NCBI GenBank assembly: GCA_040954595.2
Contig: CM082587.2
Span: forward strand, 9,615,403 to 9,679,402
Length of the DNA stretch: 64,000 nucleotides
Direction: 5' to 3'
From: Balanoglossus misakiensis
Taxonomy: Eukaryota > Animalia > Hemichordata
In this document: piece after piece, positions 42,701-57,700 of the stretch
Position numbering within the stretch: the first letter of the stretch is position 1
How the letters are laid out: each line of letters starts with the position of its first letter
Notes under the pieces: generated by a model
Database searches by the model: none
The model's input: only the letters and a program-made list of their open reading frames with translations
What the model was told of the DNA's origin: nothing
Made by a program: the position numbers and the translations under genes

Positions 42701-45700
42701 TGACTGTCGCCTGTCTTAGGTCACCACTTCATAAGCGGTCTTACCCGTCATTGGCACAAACAGTCTCAGGAAGTAAGCTTTCAGCCTACCAATGTAGCTA
42801 TTATATTTTCCACTTTTTGTTAGTGAAGCCTGACTGTCGCCTGTCTTAGGTCATCACTTCGTAAGCGGTCTTACCTGTCATTGGCACAAACAGTCTCAGG
42901 AAGTAAGCTTTCAGCCTACCAATGTAGCTATTGTATTTTCCACTTTTTGTAAGTGAAGCCTGACTGTCGCCTGTCTTAGGTCACCACTTCATAAGCGGTC
43001 TTACCCGTCATTGGCACAAACAGTCTCAGGAAGTAAGCTTTCAGCCTACCAATGTAGCTATTGTATTTTCCACTTTTTGTAAGTGAAGCCTGACTGTCGC
43101 CTGTCTTAGGTCACCACTTCATAAGCGGTCTTACCCGTCATTGGCACAAACAGTCTCAGGAAGTAAGCTTTCAGCCTACCAATGTAGCTATTATATTTTC
43201 CACTTTTTGTAAGTGAAGCCTGACTGTCGCCTGTCTTAGGTCACCACTTCATAAGCGGTCTTACCCATCATTGGCACAAACAGTCTCAGGAAGTAAGCTT
43301 TCAGCCTACCAATGTAGCTATTGTATTTTCCACTTTTTGTAAGTGAAGCCTGACTGTCGCCTGTCTTAGGTCACCACTTCATAAGCGGTCTTACCCGTCA
43401 TTGGCAAAAACAGTCTCAGGAAGTAAGCTTTCAGCCTACCAATATAGCTATTATATTTTCCACTTTTTGTAAGTGAAGCCTGACTGTCGCCTGTCTTAGG
43501 TCACCACTTCATAAGCGGTCTTACCCGTCATTGGCACAAACAGTCTCAGGAAGTAAGCTTTCAGCCTACCAATGTAGCTATTGTATTTTCCACTTTTTGT
43601 AAGTGAAGCCTGACTGTCGCCTGTCTTAGGTCACCACTTCATAAGCGGTCTTACCCGTCATTGGCACAAACAGTCTCAGGAAGTAAGCTTTCAGCCTACC
43701 AGTGTAGCTATTGTATTTTCCACTTTTTGTAAGTGAAGCCTGACTGTCGCCTGTCTTAGGTCACCACTTCATAAGCGGTCTTACCCGTCATTGGCACAAA
43801 CAGTCTCAGGAAGTAAGCTTTCAGCCTACCAATGTAGCTATTGTATTTTCCACTTTTTGTAAGTGAAGCCTGACTGTCGCCTGTCTTAGGTCACCACTTC
43901 ATAAGCGGTCTTACCCGTCATTGGCACAAACAGTCTCAGGAAGTAAGCTTTCAGCCTACCAATGTAGCTATTGTATTTTCCACTTTTTGTAAGTGAAGCC
44001 TGACTGTCGCCTGTCTTAGGTCACCACTTCATAAGCGGTCTTACCCGTCATTGGCACAAACAGTCTCAGGAAGTAAGCTTTCAGCCTACCAATGTAGCTA
44101 TTATATTTTCCACTTTTTGTAAGTGAAGCCTGACTGTCGCCTGTCTTAGGTCACCACTTCATAAGCGGTCTTACCCGTCATTGGCACAAACAGTCTCAGG
44201 AAGTAAGCTTTCAGCCTACCAAAGTAGCTATTCTATTTTCCACTTTTTGTAAGTGAAGCCTGACTGTCGCCTGTCTTAGGTCACCACTTCATAAGCGGTC
44301 TTACCCGTCATTGGCACAAACAGTCTCAGGAAGTAAGCTTTCAGCCTACCAATGTAGCTATTGTATTTTCCACTTTTTGTAAGTGAAGCCTGACTGTCGC
44401 CTGTGTTAGGTCACCACTTCATAAGCGGTCTTACCCGTCATTGGCACAAACAGTCTCAGGAAGTAAGCTTTCAGCCTACCAATGAAGCTATTGTATTTTC
44501 CACTTTTTGTAAGTGAAGCCTGACTGTCGCCTGTCTTAGGTCACCACTTCATAAGCGGTCTTATCATTGGCACAAACAGTCTCAGGAAGTAAGCTTTCAG
44601 CCTACCAATGTAGCTATTGTATTTTCCACTTTTTGTAAGTGAAGCCTGACTGTCGCCTGTCTTAGGTCACCACTTCATAAGCGGTCTTACCCGTCATTGG
44701 CACAAACAGTCTCAGGAAGTAAGCTTTCAGCCTACCAATGTAGCTATTGTATTTTCCACTTTTTGTAAGTGAAGCCTGACTGTCGCCTCTCTTAGGTCAC
44801 CACTTCATAAGCGGTCTTACCCGTCATTGGCACAAACAGTCTCAGGAAGAAAGCTTTCAGCCTACCAATGTAGCTATTGTATTTTTCACTTTTTGTAAGT
44901 GAAGCCTGACTGTCGCCTGTCTTAGGTCACCACTTCATAAGCGGTCTTACCCGTCATTGGCACAAATAGTCTCAGGAAGTAAGCTTTCAGCCTACCAATG
45001 TAGCTATTGTATTTTCCACTTTTTGTAAGTGAAGCCTGACTGTCGCCTGTCTCAGGTCACCATTTCATAAGCGGTCTTACCCGTCATTGGCACAAACAGT
45101 CTCAGGAAGTAAGCTTTCAGCCTACCAAACAGTCTCTGGAAGTAAGCTTTCAGCCAACCAATGTAGCTATTGTATTTTCCACTTTTTGTAAGTGAAGCCT
45201 GACTGTCGCCTGTCTTAGGTCACCACTTCATAAGCGGTCTTATCATTGGCACAAACAGTCTCAGGAAGAAAGCTTTCAGCCTACCAATGTAGCTATTGTA
45301 TTTTCCACTTTTTGTAAGTGAAGCCTGACTGTCGCCTGTCTTAGGTCACCACTTCATAAGCGGTCTTACCCATCATTGGCACAAACAGTCTCAGGAAGTA
45401 AGCTTTCAGCCTACCAATGTAGCTATTATATTTTCCACTTTTTGTAAGTGAATCCTGACTGTCGCCTGTCTTAGGTCACCACTTCGTAAGCGGTCTTTAC
45501 CTGTCATTGCCACAAACAGTCTCAGGAAGTAAGCTTTCAGCCTACCAATGAAGCTATTGTATTTTCCACTTTTTGTAAGTGAAGCCTGACTGTCGCCTGT
45601 CTTAGGTCACCACTTCATAAGCGGTCTTACCCGTCATTGGCACAAACAGTCTCAGGAAGTAAGCTTTCATCCCACCAATGTAGCTATTGTATTTTCCACT

Positions 45701-48700
45701 TTTTGTAAGTGAAGCCTGACTCTCGCCTGTCTTAGGTCACCACTTCATAAGCGGTCTTACCCGTCATTGGCACAAACAGTCTCAGGAAGTAAGCTTTCAG
45801 CCTACCAATGTAGCTATTGTATTTTCCACTTTTTGTAAGTGAAGCCTGACTGTCGCCTGTCTTAGGTCATCACTTCATAAGCGGTCTTACCCGTCATTGG
45901 CACAAACAGTCTCAGGAAGTAAGCTTTCAGCCTACCAATGTAGCTATTGCATTTTCCACTTTTTGTGAGTGAAGCCTGACTGTCGCCTGTCTTAGGTCAC
46001 CACTTCATAAGCGGTCTTACCCGTCATTGGCACAAACAGTCTCAGGAAGTAAGCTTTCAGCCTACCAATGTAGCTATTGTATTTTCCACTTTTTGTAAGT
46101 GAAGCCTGACTGTCGCCTCTCTTAGGTCACCACTTCATAAGCGGTCTTACCCGTCATTGGCACAAACAGTCTCAGGAAGAAAGCTTTCAGCCTACCAATG
46201 TAGCTATTGTATTTTCCACTTTTTGTAAGTGAAGCCTGACTGTCGCCTGTCTTAGGTCACCACTTCATAAGCGGTCTTACCCGTCATTGGCACGAACAGT
46301 CTCAGGAAGTAAGCTTTCAGCCTACCAATGTAGCTATTGTATTTTCCACTTTTTGTAAGTGAAGCCTGACTGTCGCCTGTCTTAGGTCACCACTTCATAA
46401 GCGGTCTTACCCGTCATTGGCACAAACAGTCTCAGGAAGTAAGCTTTCAGCCTACCAATGTAGCTATTGTATTTTCCACTTTTTGTAAGTGAAGCCTGAC
46501 TGTCGCCTCTCTTAGGTCACCACTTCATAAGCGGTCTTACCGTCATTGGCACAAACAGTCTCAGGAAGTAAGCTTTCAGCCTACCAATGTAGCTATTGTA
46601 TTTTCCACTTTTTGTAAGTGAAGCCTGACTGTCGCCTGTCTTAGGTCACCACTTCATAAGCGGTCTTACCCGTCATTGGCACAAACAGTCTCAGGAAGTA
46701 AGCTTTCAGCCTACCAATGTAGCTATTGTATTTTCCACTTTTTGTAAGTGAAGCCTGACTGTCGCCTCTCTTAGGTCACCACTTCATAAGCGGTCTTACC
46801 GTCATTGGCACAAACAGTCTCAGGAAGTAAGCTTTCAGCCTACCAATGTAGCTATTGTATTTTCCACTTTTTGTAAGTGAAGCCTGACTGTCGCCTGTCT
46901 TAGGTCACCACTTCATAAGCGGTCTTACCCGTCATTGGCACAAACAGTCTCAGGAAGAAAGCTTTCAGCCTACCAATGTAGCTATTGTATTTTTCACTTT
47001 TTGTAAGTGAAGCCTGACTGTCGCCTGTCTTAGGTCACCACTTCATAAGCGGTCTTACCCGTCATTGGCACAAACAGTCTCAGGAAGTAAGCTTTCAGCC
47101 TACCAATGTAGCTATTGTATTTTCCACTTTTTGTAAGTGAAGCCTGACTGTCGCCTGTCTCAGGTCACCACTTCATAAGCGGTCTTACCCGTCATTGGCA
47201 CGAACAGTCTCAGGAAGTAAGCTTTCAGCCTACCAAACAGTCTCTGGAAGTAAGCTTTCAGCCTACCAATGTAGCTATTGTATTTTCCACTTTTTGTAAG
47301 TGAAGCCTGACTGTCGCCTGTCTTAGGTCACCACTTCATAAGCGGTCTTACCCGTCATTGGCACAAACAGTCTCAGGAAGTAAGCTTTCAGCCTACCAAT
47401 GTAGCTATAGAATTTTCCACTTTTTGTAAGTGAAGCCTGACTGTCGCCTGTCTTAGGTCACCACTTCATAAGCGGTCTTACCCGTCATTGGCACAAACAG
47501 TCTCAGGATTTAAGCTTTCAGCCTACCAATGTAGCTATTGTATTTTCCACTTTTTGTAAGTGAAGCCTGACTGTCGCCTGTCTTAGGTCACCACTTCATA
47601 AGCGGTCTTACCCGTCATTGGCACAAACAGTCTCAGGAAGTAAGCTTTCAGCCTACCAAACAGTCTCTGGAAGTAAGCTTTCAGCCTACCAATGTAGCTA
47701 TTGTATTTTCCACTTTTTGTAAGTGAAGCCTGACTGTCGCCTGTCTTAGGTCACCACTTCATAAGCGGTCTTACCCGTCATTGGCACAAACAGTCTCAGG
47801 AAGTAAGCTTTCAGCCTACCATTGTAGCTATAGAATTTTCCACTTTTTGTAAGTGAAGCCTGACTGTCGCCTGTCTTAGGTCACCACTTCATAAGCGGTC
47901 TTACCCGTCATTGACACAAACAGTCTCAGGATTTAAGCTTTCAGCCTACCAATGTAGCTATTGTATTTTCCACTTTTTGTAAGTGAAGCCTGACTGTCGC
48001 CTGTCTTAGGTCACCACTTCATAAGCGGTCTTACCCGTCATTGGCACAAACAGTCTCAGGAAGTAAGCTTTCAGCCTACCAATGTAGCTATTATATTTTC
48101 CACTTTTTGTAAGTGAAGCCTGACTGTCGCCTGTCTTAGGTCACCACTTCGTAAGCGGTCTTACCGGTCATTGGCACAAACAGTCTCAGGAAGTAAGCTT
48201 TCAGTCTACCAATGTAGCTATTGTATTTTCCACTTTTTGTAAGTGAAGCCTGACTGTCGCCTGTCATAGGTCACCACTTCATAAGCGGTCTTACCCGTCA
48301 TTGGCACAAACAGTCTCAGAAAGTAAGCTTTCAGCCTACCAATGTAGCTATTGTATTTTCCACTTTTTGTAAGTGAAGCCTGACTGTCGCCTGTCTTAGG
48401 TCACCACTTCATAAGCGGTCTTACCCGTCATTGGCACAAACAGTCTCAGGAAGTAAGCTTTCAGCCTACCAATGTAGCTATTGTATTTTCCACTTTTTGT
48501 AAGTGAAGCCTGACTGTCGCTTGTCTTAGGTCACCACTTCATAAGCGGTCTTACCCGTCATTGGCACAAACAGTCTCAGGAAGTAAGCTTTCAGCCTACC
48601 AATGTAGCTATTGTATTTTCCACTTTTTGTAAGTGAAGCCTGACTGTCGCCTGTCTTAGGTCACCACTTCATAAGAGGTCTTACCCGTCATTGGCACAAA

Positions 48701-51700
48701 CAGTCTCAGGAAGTAAGCTTTCAGCATACCAATGTAGCTATTGTATTTTACACTTTTTGTAAGTGAAGCCTGACTGTCGCCTCTCTTAGGTCACCACTTC
48801 ATAAGCGGTCTTACCCGTCATTGGCACAAACAGTCTCAGGATTTAAGCTTTCAGCCTACCAATGTAGCTATTGTATTTTCCACTTTTTGTAAGTGAAGCC
48901 TGACTGTCGCCTGTCTTAGGTCACCACTTCATAAGCGGTCTTACCCGTCATTGGCACAAACAGTCTCAGGAAGTAAGCTTTCAGCCTACCAAACAGTCTC
49001 TGGAAGTAAGCTTTCAGCCTACCAATGTAGCTATTGTATTTTCCACTTTTTGTAAGTGAAGCCTGACTGTCGCCTGTCTTAGGTCACCACTTCATAAGCG
49101 GTCTTACCCGTCATTGGCACAAACAGTCTCAGGAAGTAAGCTTTCAGCCTACCAATGTAGCTATAGAATTTTCCACTTTTTGTAAGTGAAGCCTGACTGT
49201 CGCCTGTCTTAGGTCACCACTTCATAAGCGGTCTTACCCGTCATTGGCACAAACAGTCTCAGGAAGTAAGCTTTCAGCCTACCAATGTAGCTATTATATT
49301 TTCCACTTTTTGTAAGTGAAGCCTGACTGTCGCCTGTCTTAGGTCACCACTTCGTAAGCGGTCTTACCGGTCATTGGCACAAACAGTCTCAGGAAGTAAG
49401 TTTTCAGTCTACCAATGTAGCTATTGTATTTTCCACTTTTTGTAAGTGAAGCCTGACTGTCGCCTGTCTTAGGTCACCACTTCATAAGCGGTCTTACCCG
49501 TCATTGGCACAAACAGTCTCAGAAAGTAAGCTTTCAGCCTACCAATGTAGCTATTGTATTTTCCACTTTTTGTAAGTGAAGCCTGACTGTCGCCTGTCTT
49601 AGGTCACCACTTCATAAGCGGTCTTACCCGTCATTGGCACAAACAGTCTCAGGAAGTAAGCTTTCAGCCTACCAATGTAGCTATTGTATTTTCCACTTTT
49701 TGTAAGTGAAGCCTGACTGTCGCTTGTCTTAGGTCACCACTTCATAAGCGGTCTTACCCGTCATTGGCACAAACAGTCTCAGGAAGTAAGCTTTCAGCCT
49801 ACCAATGTAGCTATTGTATTTTCCACTTTTTGTAAGTGAAGCCTGACTGTCGCCTGTCTTAGGTCACCACTTCATAAGCGGTCTTACCCGTCATTGGCAC
49901 AAACAGTCTCAGGAAGTAAGCTTTCAGCCTACCAATGTAGCTATTGTATTTTCCACTTTTTGTAAGTGAAGCCTGACTGTCGCCTGTCTTAGGTCACCAC
50001 TTCATAAGCGGTCTTACCCGTCATTGGCACAAACAGTCTCAGGAAGTAAGCTTTCAGCATACCAATGTAGCTATTGTATTTTACACTTTTTGTAAGTGAA
50101 GCCTGACTGTCGCCTCTCTTAGGTCACCACTTCATAAGCGGTCTTACCCGTCATTGGCACGAACAGTCTCAGGAAGTAAGCTTTCAGCCTACCAATGAAG
50201 CTATTGTATTTTCCACTTTTTGTAAGTGAAGCCTGACTGTCGCCTGTCTTAGGTCACCACTTCATAAGCAGTCTTACCGTCATTGGCACAAACAGTCTCA
50301 GGAAGTAAGCTTTCAGCCTACCAATGTAGCTATTGTATTTTTCACTTTTTGTAAGTGAAGCCTGACTGTCGCCTCTCTTAGGTCACCACTTCATAAGCGG
50401 TCTTACCCGTCATTGGCACGAACAGTCTCAGGAAGTAAGCTTTCAGCCTACCAATGAAGCTATTGTATTTTCCACTTTTTGTAAGTGAAGCCTGACTGTC
50501 GCCTCTCTTAGGTCACCACTTCATAAGCGGTCTTACCCGTCATTGGCACGAACAGTCTCAGGAAGTAAGCTTTCAGCCTACCAATGAAGCTATTGTATTT
50601 TCCACTTTTTGTAAGTGAAGCCTGACTGTCGCCTCTCTTAGGTCACCACTTCATAAGCGGTCTTACCGTCATTGGCACAAACAGTCTCAGGAAGTAAGCT
50701 TTCAGCCTACGAATGTAGCTATTGTATTTTCCACTTTTTGTAAGTGAAGCCTGACTGTCGCCTGTCTTAGGTCACCACTTCATAAGCGGTCTTACCCGTC
50801 ATTGGCACAAACAGTCTCAGGAAGAAAGCTTTCAGCCTACCAATGTAGCTATTGTATTTTTCACTTTCTGTAAGTGAAGCCTGACAGTCGCCTGTCTCAG
50901 GTCACCACTTCATAAGCGGTCTTACCCGTCATTGGCACAAACAGTCTCAGGAAGTAAGCTTTCAGCCTACCAAACAGTCTCTGGAAGTAAGCTTTCAGCC
51001 TACCAATGTAGCTATTGTATTTTCCACTTTTTGTAAGTGAAGCCTGACTGTCGCCTGTCTTAGGTCACCACTTCATAAGCGGTCTTACCCGTCATTGGCA
51101 CAAACAGTCTCAGGAAGTAAGCTTTCAGCCTACCAATGTAGCTATAGAATTTTCCACTTTTTGTAAGTGAAGCCTGACTGTCGCCTGTCTTAGGTCACCA
51201 CTTCATAAGCGGTCTTACCCGTCATTGGCACAAACAGTCTCAGGATTTAAGCTTTCAGCCTACCAATGTAGCTATTGTATTTTCCACTTTTTGTAAGTGA
51301 AGCCTGACTGTCGCCTGTCTTAGGTCACCACTTCATAAGCGGTCTTACCCGTCATTGGCACAAACAGTCTCAGGAAGTAAGCTTTCAGCCTACCAATGTA
51401 GCTATTGTATTTTCCTCTTTTTGTAAGTGAAGGCTGACTGTCGCCTGTCTTAGGTCACCACTTCATAAGCGGTCTTACCCGTCATTGGCACAAACAGTCT
51501 CAGGAAGTAAGCTTTCAGCCTACCAATGTAGCTATTGTATTTTCCACTTTTTGTAAGTGAAGCCTGACTGTCGCCTGTCTTAGGTCATCACTTCGTAAGC
51601 GGTCTTACCTGTCATTGGCACAAACAGTCTCAGGAAGTAAGCTTTCAGCCTACCAATGTAGCTATTGTATTTTCCACTTTTTGTAAGTGAAGCCTGACTG

Positions 51701-54700
51701 TCGCCTGTCTTAGGTCACCACTTCATAAGCGGTCTTACCCGTCATTGGCACAAACAGTCTCAGGAAGTAAGCTTTCAGCCTACCAATGTAGCTATTATAT
51801 TTTCCACTTTTTGTAAGTGAAGCCTGACTGTCGCCTTTCTTAGGTCACCACTTCATAAGCGGTCTTACCCGTCATTGGCACCAACTGTCTCAGGAAGTAA
51901 GCTTTCAGCCTACCAATGTAGCTATTGTATTTTCCACTTTTTGTTAGTGAAGCCTGACTGTCGCCTGTCTTAGGTCACCACTTCATAAGCGGTCTTACCC
52001 GTCATTGGCACAAACAGTCTCAGGAAGTAAGCTTTCAGCCTACCAAACAGTCTCTGAAAGTAAGCTTTCAGCCTACCAATGTAGCTATTGTATTTTCCAC
52101 TTTTTGTAAGTGAAGCCTGACTGTCGCCTGTCTTAGGTCACCACTTCATAAGCGGTCTTACCCGTCATTGGCACAAACAGTCTCAGGATTTAAGCTTTCA
52201 GCCTACCAATGTAGCTATTGTATTTTCCACTTTTTTTTAGTGAAGCCTGACTGTCACGTGTCTTAGGTCACCACTTCATAAGCGGTCTTACCCGTCATTG
52301 GCAGGCACAGTCTCAGGAAGTAAGCTTTCAGCCTACCAATGTAGCTATTGTATTTTCCACTTTTTGTAAGTGAAGCCTGACTGTCGCCTGTCTTAGGTTA
52401 CCACTTCATAAGCGGTCTTACCCATCATTGGCACAAACAGTCTCAGGAAGTAAGCTTTCAGCCTACCAATGTAGCTATTATATTTTCCACTTTTTGTAAG
52501 TGAATCCTGACTGTCGCCTGTCTTAGGTCACCACTTCGTAAGCGGTCTTTACCTGTCATTGGCACAAACAGACTCAGGAAGTAAGCTTTCAGCCTACCAA
52601 TGTAGCTATTGTATTTTCCACTTTTTGTATGTGAAGCCTGACTGTCGCCTGTCTTAGGTCACCACTTCATAAGCGGTCTTACCCGTCATTGGCACAAACA
52701 GTTTCAGAAAGTAAGCTTTCAGCCTACCAATGTAGCTATTGTATTTTCCACTTTTTGTAAGTGAAGCCTGACTGTCGCCTGTCTTAGGTCACCACTTCAT
52801 AAGCGGTCTTACCCGTCATTGGCACAAACAGTCTCAGGAAGTAAGCTTTCAGCCTACCAATGTAGCTATTGTATTTTCCACTTTTTGTAAGTGAAGCCTG
52901 ACTGTCGCCTGTCTTAGGTCACCACTTCATAAGCGGTCTTACCCGTCATTGGCACAAACAGTCTCAGGAAGTAAGCTTTCAGCCTACCAATGTAGCTATT
53001 GTATTTTCCACTTTTTGTAAGTGAAGCCTGACTGTCGCCTGTCTTAGGTCACCACTTCATAAGCGGTCTTACCCGTCATTGGCACAAACAGTCTCAGGAA
53101 GTAAGCTTTCAGCCTACCAATGTAGCTATTATATTTTCCACTTTTTGTAAGTGAAGCCTGACTGTCGCCTTTCTTAGGTCACCACTTCATAAGCGGTCTT
53201 ACCCGTCATTGGCACCAACTGTCTCAGGAAGTAAGCTTTCAGCCTACCAATGTAGCTATTGTATTTTCCACTTTTTGTTAGCGAAGCCTGACTGTCGCCT
53301 GTCTTAGGTCACCACTTCATAAGCGGTCTTACCCGTCATTGGCACAAACAGTCTCAGGAAGTAAGCTTTCAGCCTACCAAACAGTCTCTGAAAGTAAGCT
53401 TTCAGCCTACCAATGTAGCTATTGTATTTTCCACTTTTTGTAAGTGAAGCCTGACTGTCGCCTGTCTTAGGTCACCACTTCATAAGCGGTCTTACCCGTC
53501 ATTGGCACAAACAGTCTCAGGATTTAAGCTTTCAGCCTACCAATGTAGCTATTGTATTTTCCACTTTTTTTTAGTGAAGCCTGACTGTCACGTGTCTTAG
53601 GTCACCACTTCATAAGCGGTCTTACCCGTCATTGGCAGGCACAGTCTCAGGAAGTAAGCTTTCAGCCTACCAATGTAGCTATTGTATTTTCCACTTTTTG
53701 TAAGTGAAGCCTGACTGTCGCCTGTCTTAGGTTACCACTTCATAAGCGGTCTTACCCATCATTGGCACAAACAGTCTCAGGAAGTAAGCTTTCAGCCTAC
53801 CAATGTAGCTATTATATTTTCCACTTTTTGTAAGTGAATCCTGACTGTCGCCTGTCTTAGGTCACCACTTCGTAAGCGGTCTTTACCTGTCATTGGCACA
53901 AACAGACTCAGGAAGTAAGCTTTCAGCCTACCAATGTAGCTATTGTATTTTCCACTTTTTGTATGTGAAGCCTGACTGTCGCCTGTCTTAGGTCACCACT
54001 TCATAAGCGGTCTTACCCGTCATTGGCACAAACAGTTTCAGAAAGTAAGCTTTCAGCCTACCAATGTAGCTATTGTATTTTCCACTTTTTGTAAGTGAAG
54101 CCTGACTGTCGCCTGTCTTAGGTCACCACTTCATAAGCGGTCTTACCCGTCATTGGCACAAACAGTCTCAGGAAGTAAGCTTTCAGCCTACCAATGTAGC
54201 TATTGTATTTTCCACTTTTTGTAAGTGAAGCCTGACTGTCGCCTGTCTTAGGTCACCACTTCATAAGCGGTCTTACCCGTCATTGGCACAAACAGTCTCA
54301 GGAAGTAAGCTTTCAGCCTACCAATGTAGCTATTGTATTTTCCACTTTTTGTAAGTTAAGCCTGACTGTCGCCTGTCTTAGGTCACCACTTCATAAGCGG
54401 TCTTACCCGTCATTGGCACAAACAGTCTCAGGAAGTAAGCTTTCAGCCTACCAATGTAGCTATTGTATTTTCCACTTTTTGTAAGTGAAGCCTGACTGTC
54501 GCCTGTCTTAGGTCACCACTTCATAAGCGGTCTTACCCGTCATTGGCACAAACAGTCTCAGGAAGTAAGCTTTCAGCCTACCAATGTAGCTATTGTATTT
54601 TCCACTTTTTGTAAGTGAAGCCTGACTGTCGCCTCTCTTAGGTCACCACTTCATAAGCGGTCTTACCGTCATTGGCACAAACAGTCTCAGGAAGTAAGCT

Positions 54701-57700
54701 TTCAGCCTACCAATGTAGCTATTGTATTTTCCACTTTTTGTAAGTGAAGCCTGACTGTCGCCTGTCTTAGGTCACCACTTCATAAGCGGTCTTACCCGTC
54801 ATTGGCACAAACAGTCTCAGGAAGTAAGCTTTCAGCCTACCAATGTAGCTATTGTATTTTCCACTTTTTGTAAGTGAAGCCTGACTGTCGCCTGTCTTAG
54901 GTCACCACTTCATAAGCGGTCTTACCCGTCATTGGCACAAACAGTCTCAGGAAGTAAGCTTTCAGCCTACCAAACAGTCTCTGAAAGTAAGCTTTCAGCC
55001 TACCAATGTAGCTATTGTATTTTCCACTTTTTGTAAGTGAAGCCTGACTGTCGCCTGTCTTAGGTCACCACTTCATAAGCGGTCTTACCCGTCATTGGCA
55101 CAAACAGACTCAGGAAGTAAGCTTTCAGCCTACCAATGTAGCTATTGTATTTTCCACTTTTTGTAAGTGAAGCCTGACTGTCGCCTGTCTTAGGTCACCA
55201 CTTCATAAGCGGTCTTACCCGTCATTGGCACAAACAGTTTCAGAAAGTAAGCTTTCAGCCTACCAATGTAGCTATTGTATTTTCCACTTTTTGTAAGTGA
55301 AGCCTGACTGTCGCCTGTCTTAGGTCACCACTTCATAAGCGGTCTTACCCGTCATTGGCACAAACAGTCTCAGGAAGTAAGCTTTCAGCCTACCAATGTA
55401 GCTATTATATTTTCCACTTTTTGTAAGTGAAGCCTGACTGTCGCCTGTCTTAGGTCACCACTTCATAAGCGGTCTTACCCGTCATTGGCACAAACAGTCT
55501 CAGGAAGTAAGCTTTCAGCCTACCAATGTAGCTATTGTATTTTCCACTTTTTGTAAGTGAAGCCTGACTGTCGCCTGTCTTAGGTCACCACTTCATAAGC
55601 GGTCTTACCCGTCATTGGCACAAACAGTCTCAGGAAGTAAGCTTTCAGCCTACCAATGTAGCTATTGTATTTTCCACTTTTTGTAAGTGAAGCCTGACTG
55701 TCGCCTGTCTTAGGTCACCACTTCATAAGCGGTCTTACCCGTCATTGGCACAAACAGTCTCAGGAAGTAAGCTTTCAGCCTACCAATGTAGCTATTGTAT
55801 TTTCCACTTTTTGTAAGTGAAGCCTGACTGTCGCCTCTCTTAGGTCACCACTTCATAAGCGGTCTTACTGTCATTGGCACAAACAGTCTCAGGAAGTAAG
55901 CTTTCAGCCTACCAATGTAGCTATTGTATTTTCCACTTTTTGTAAGTGAAGCCTGACTGTCGCCTGTCTTAGGTCACCACTTCATAAGCGGTCTTACCCG
56001 TCATTGGCACAAACAGTCTCAGGAAGTAAGCTTTCAGCCTACCAATGTAGCTATTGTATTTTCCACTTTTTGTAAGTGAAGCCTGACTGTCGCCTCTCGT
56101 AGGTCACCACTTCATAAGCGGTCTAACCGTCATTGGCACAAACAGTCTCAGGAAGTAAGCTTTCAGCCTACCAATGTAGCTATTGTATTTTCCACTTTTT
56201 GTAAGTGAAGCCTGACTGTCGCCTGTCTTAGGTCACCACTTCATAAGCGGTCTTACCCGTCATTGGCACAAACAGTCTCAGGAAGAAAGCTTTCAGCCTA
56301 CCAATGTAGCTATTGTATTTTCCACTTTTTGAAAGTGAAGCCTGACTGTCGCCTGTCTTAGGTCACCACTTCATAAGCGGTCTTACCCGTCATTGGCACA
56401 AACAGTCTCAGGAAGTAAGCTTTCAGCCTACCAATGTAGCTATTGTATTTTCCACTTTTTGTAAGTGAAGCCTGACTGTCGCCTGTCTCAGGTCACCACT
56501 TCATAAGCGGTCTTACCCGTCATTGGCACGAACAGTCTCAGGAAGTAAGCTTTCAGCCTACCAAACAGTCTCTGGAAGTAAGCTTTCAGCCTACCAATGT
56601 AGCTATTGTATTTTCCACTTTTTGTAAGTGAAGCCTGACTGTCGCCTGTCTTAGGTCACCACTTCATAAGCGGTCTTACCCGTCATTGGCACAAACAGTC
56701 TCAGGAAGTAAGCTTTCAGCCTACCAATGTAGCTATAGAATTTTCCACTTTTTGTAAGTGAAGCCTGACTGTCGCCTGTCTTAGGTCACCACTTCATAAG
56801 CGGTCTTACCCGTCATTGGCACAAACAGTCTCAGGATTTAAGCTTTCAGCCTACCAATGTAGCTATTGTATTTTCCACTTTTTGTAAGTGAAGCCTGACT
56901 GTCGCCTGTCTTAGATCACCACTTCATAAGCGGTCTTACCCGTCATTGGCACAAACAGTCTCAGGAAGTAAGCTTTCAGCCTACCAATGTAGCTATTATA
57001 ATTTCCACTTTTTGTAAGTGAAGCCTGACTGTCGCCTGTCTTAGGTCACCACTTCGTAAGCGGTCTAACCGGTCATTGGCACAAACAGTCTCAGGAAGTA
57101 AGCTTTCAGCCTACCAATGTAGCTATTGTATTTTCCACTTTTTGTAAGTGAAGCCTGACTGTCGCAACTTAGGTCACCACTTCATAAGCGGTCTTACCCG
57201 TCATTGGCACAAACAGTCTCAGAAAGTAAGCTTTCAGCCTACCAATGTAGCTATTGTATTTTCCACTTTTTGTAAGTGAAGCCTGACTGTCGCCTGTCTT
57301 AGGTCACCACTTCACAAGCGGTCTTACCCGTCATTGGCACAAACAGTCTCAGGAAGTAAGCTTTCAGCCTACCAATGTAGCTATTGTATTTTCCACTTTT
57401 TGTAAGTGAAGCCTGACTGTCTCTTGTCTTAGGTCACCACTTCATAAGCGGTCTTACCCGTCATTGGCACAAACAGTCTCAGGAAGTAAGCTTTCAGCCT
57501 ACCAATGTAGCTATTGTATTTTCCACTTTTTGTAAGTGAAGCCTGACTGTCGTCTGTCTTAGGTCACCACTTCATTAGCGGTCTTACCCGTCATTGGCAC
57601 AAACAGTCTCAGGAAGTAAGCTTTCAGCCTACCAATGTAGCTATTGTATTTTCCACTTTTTGTAAGTGAAGCCTGACTGTCGCCTGTCTTAGGTCACCAC

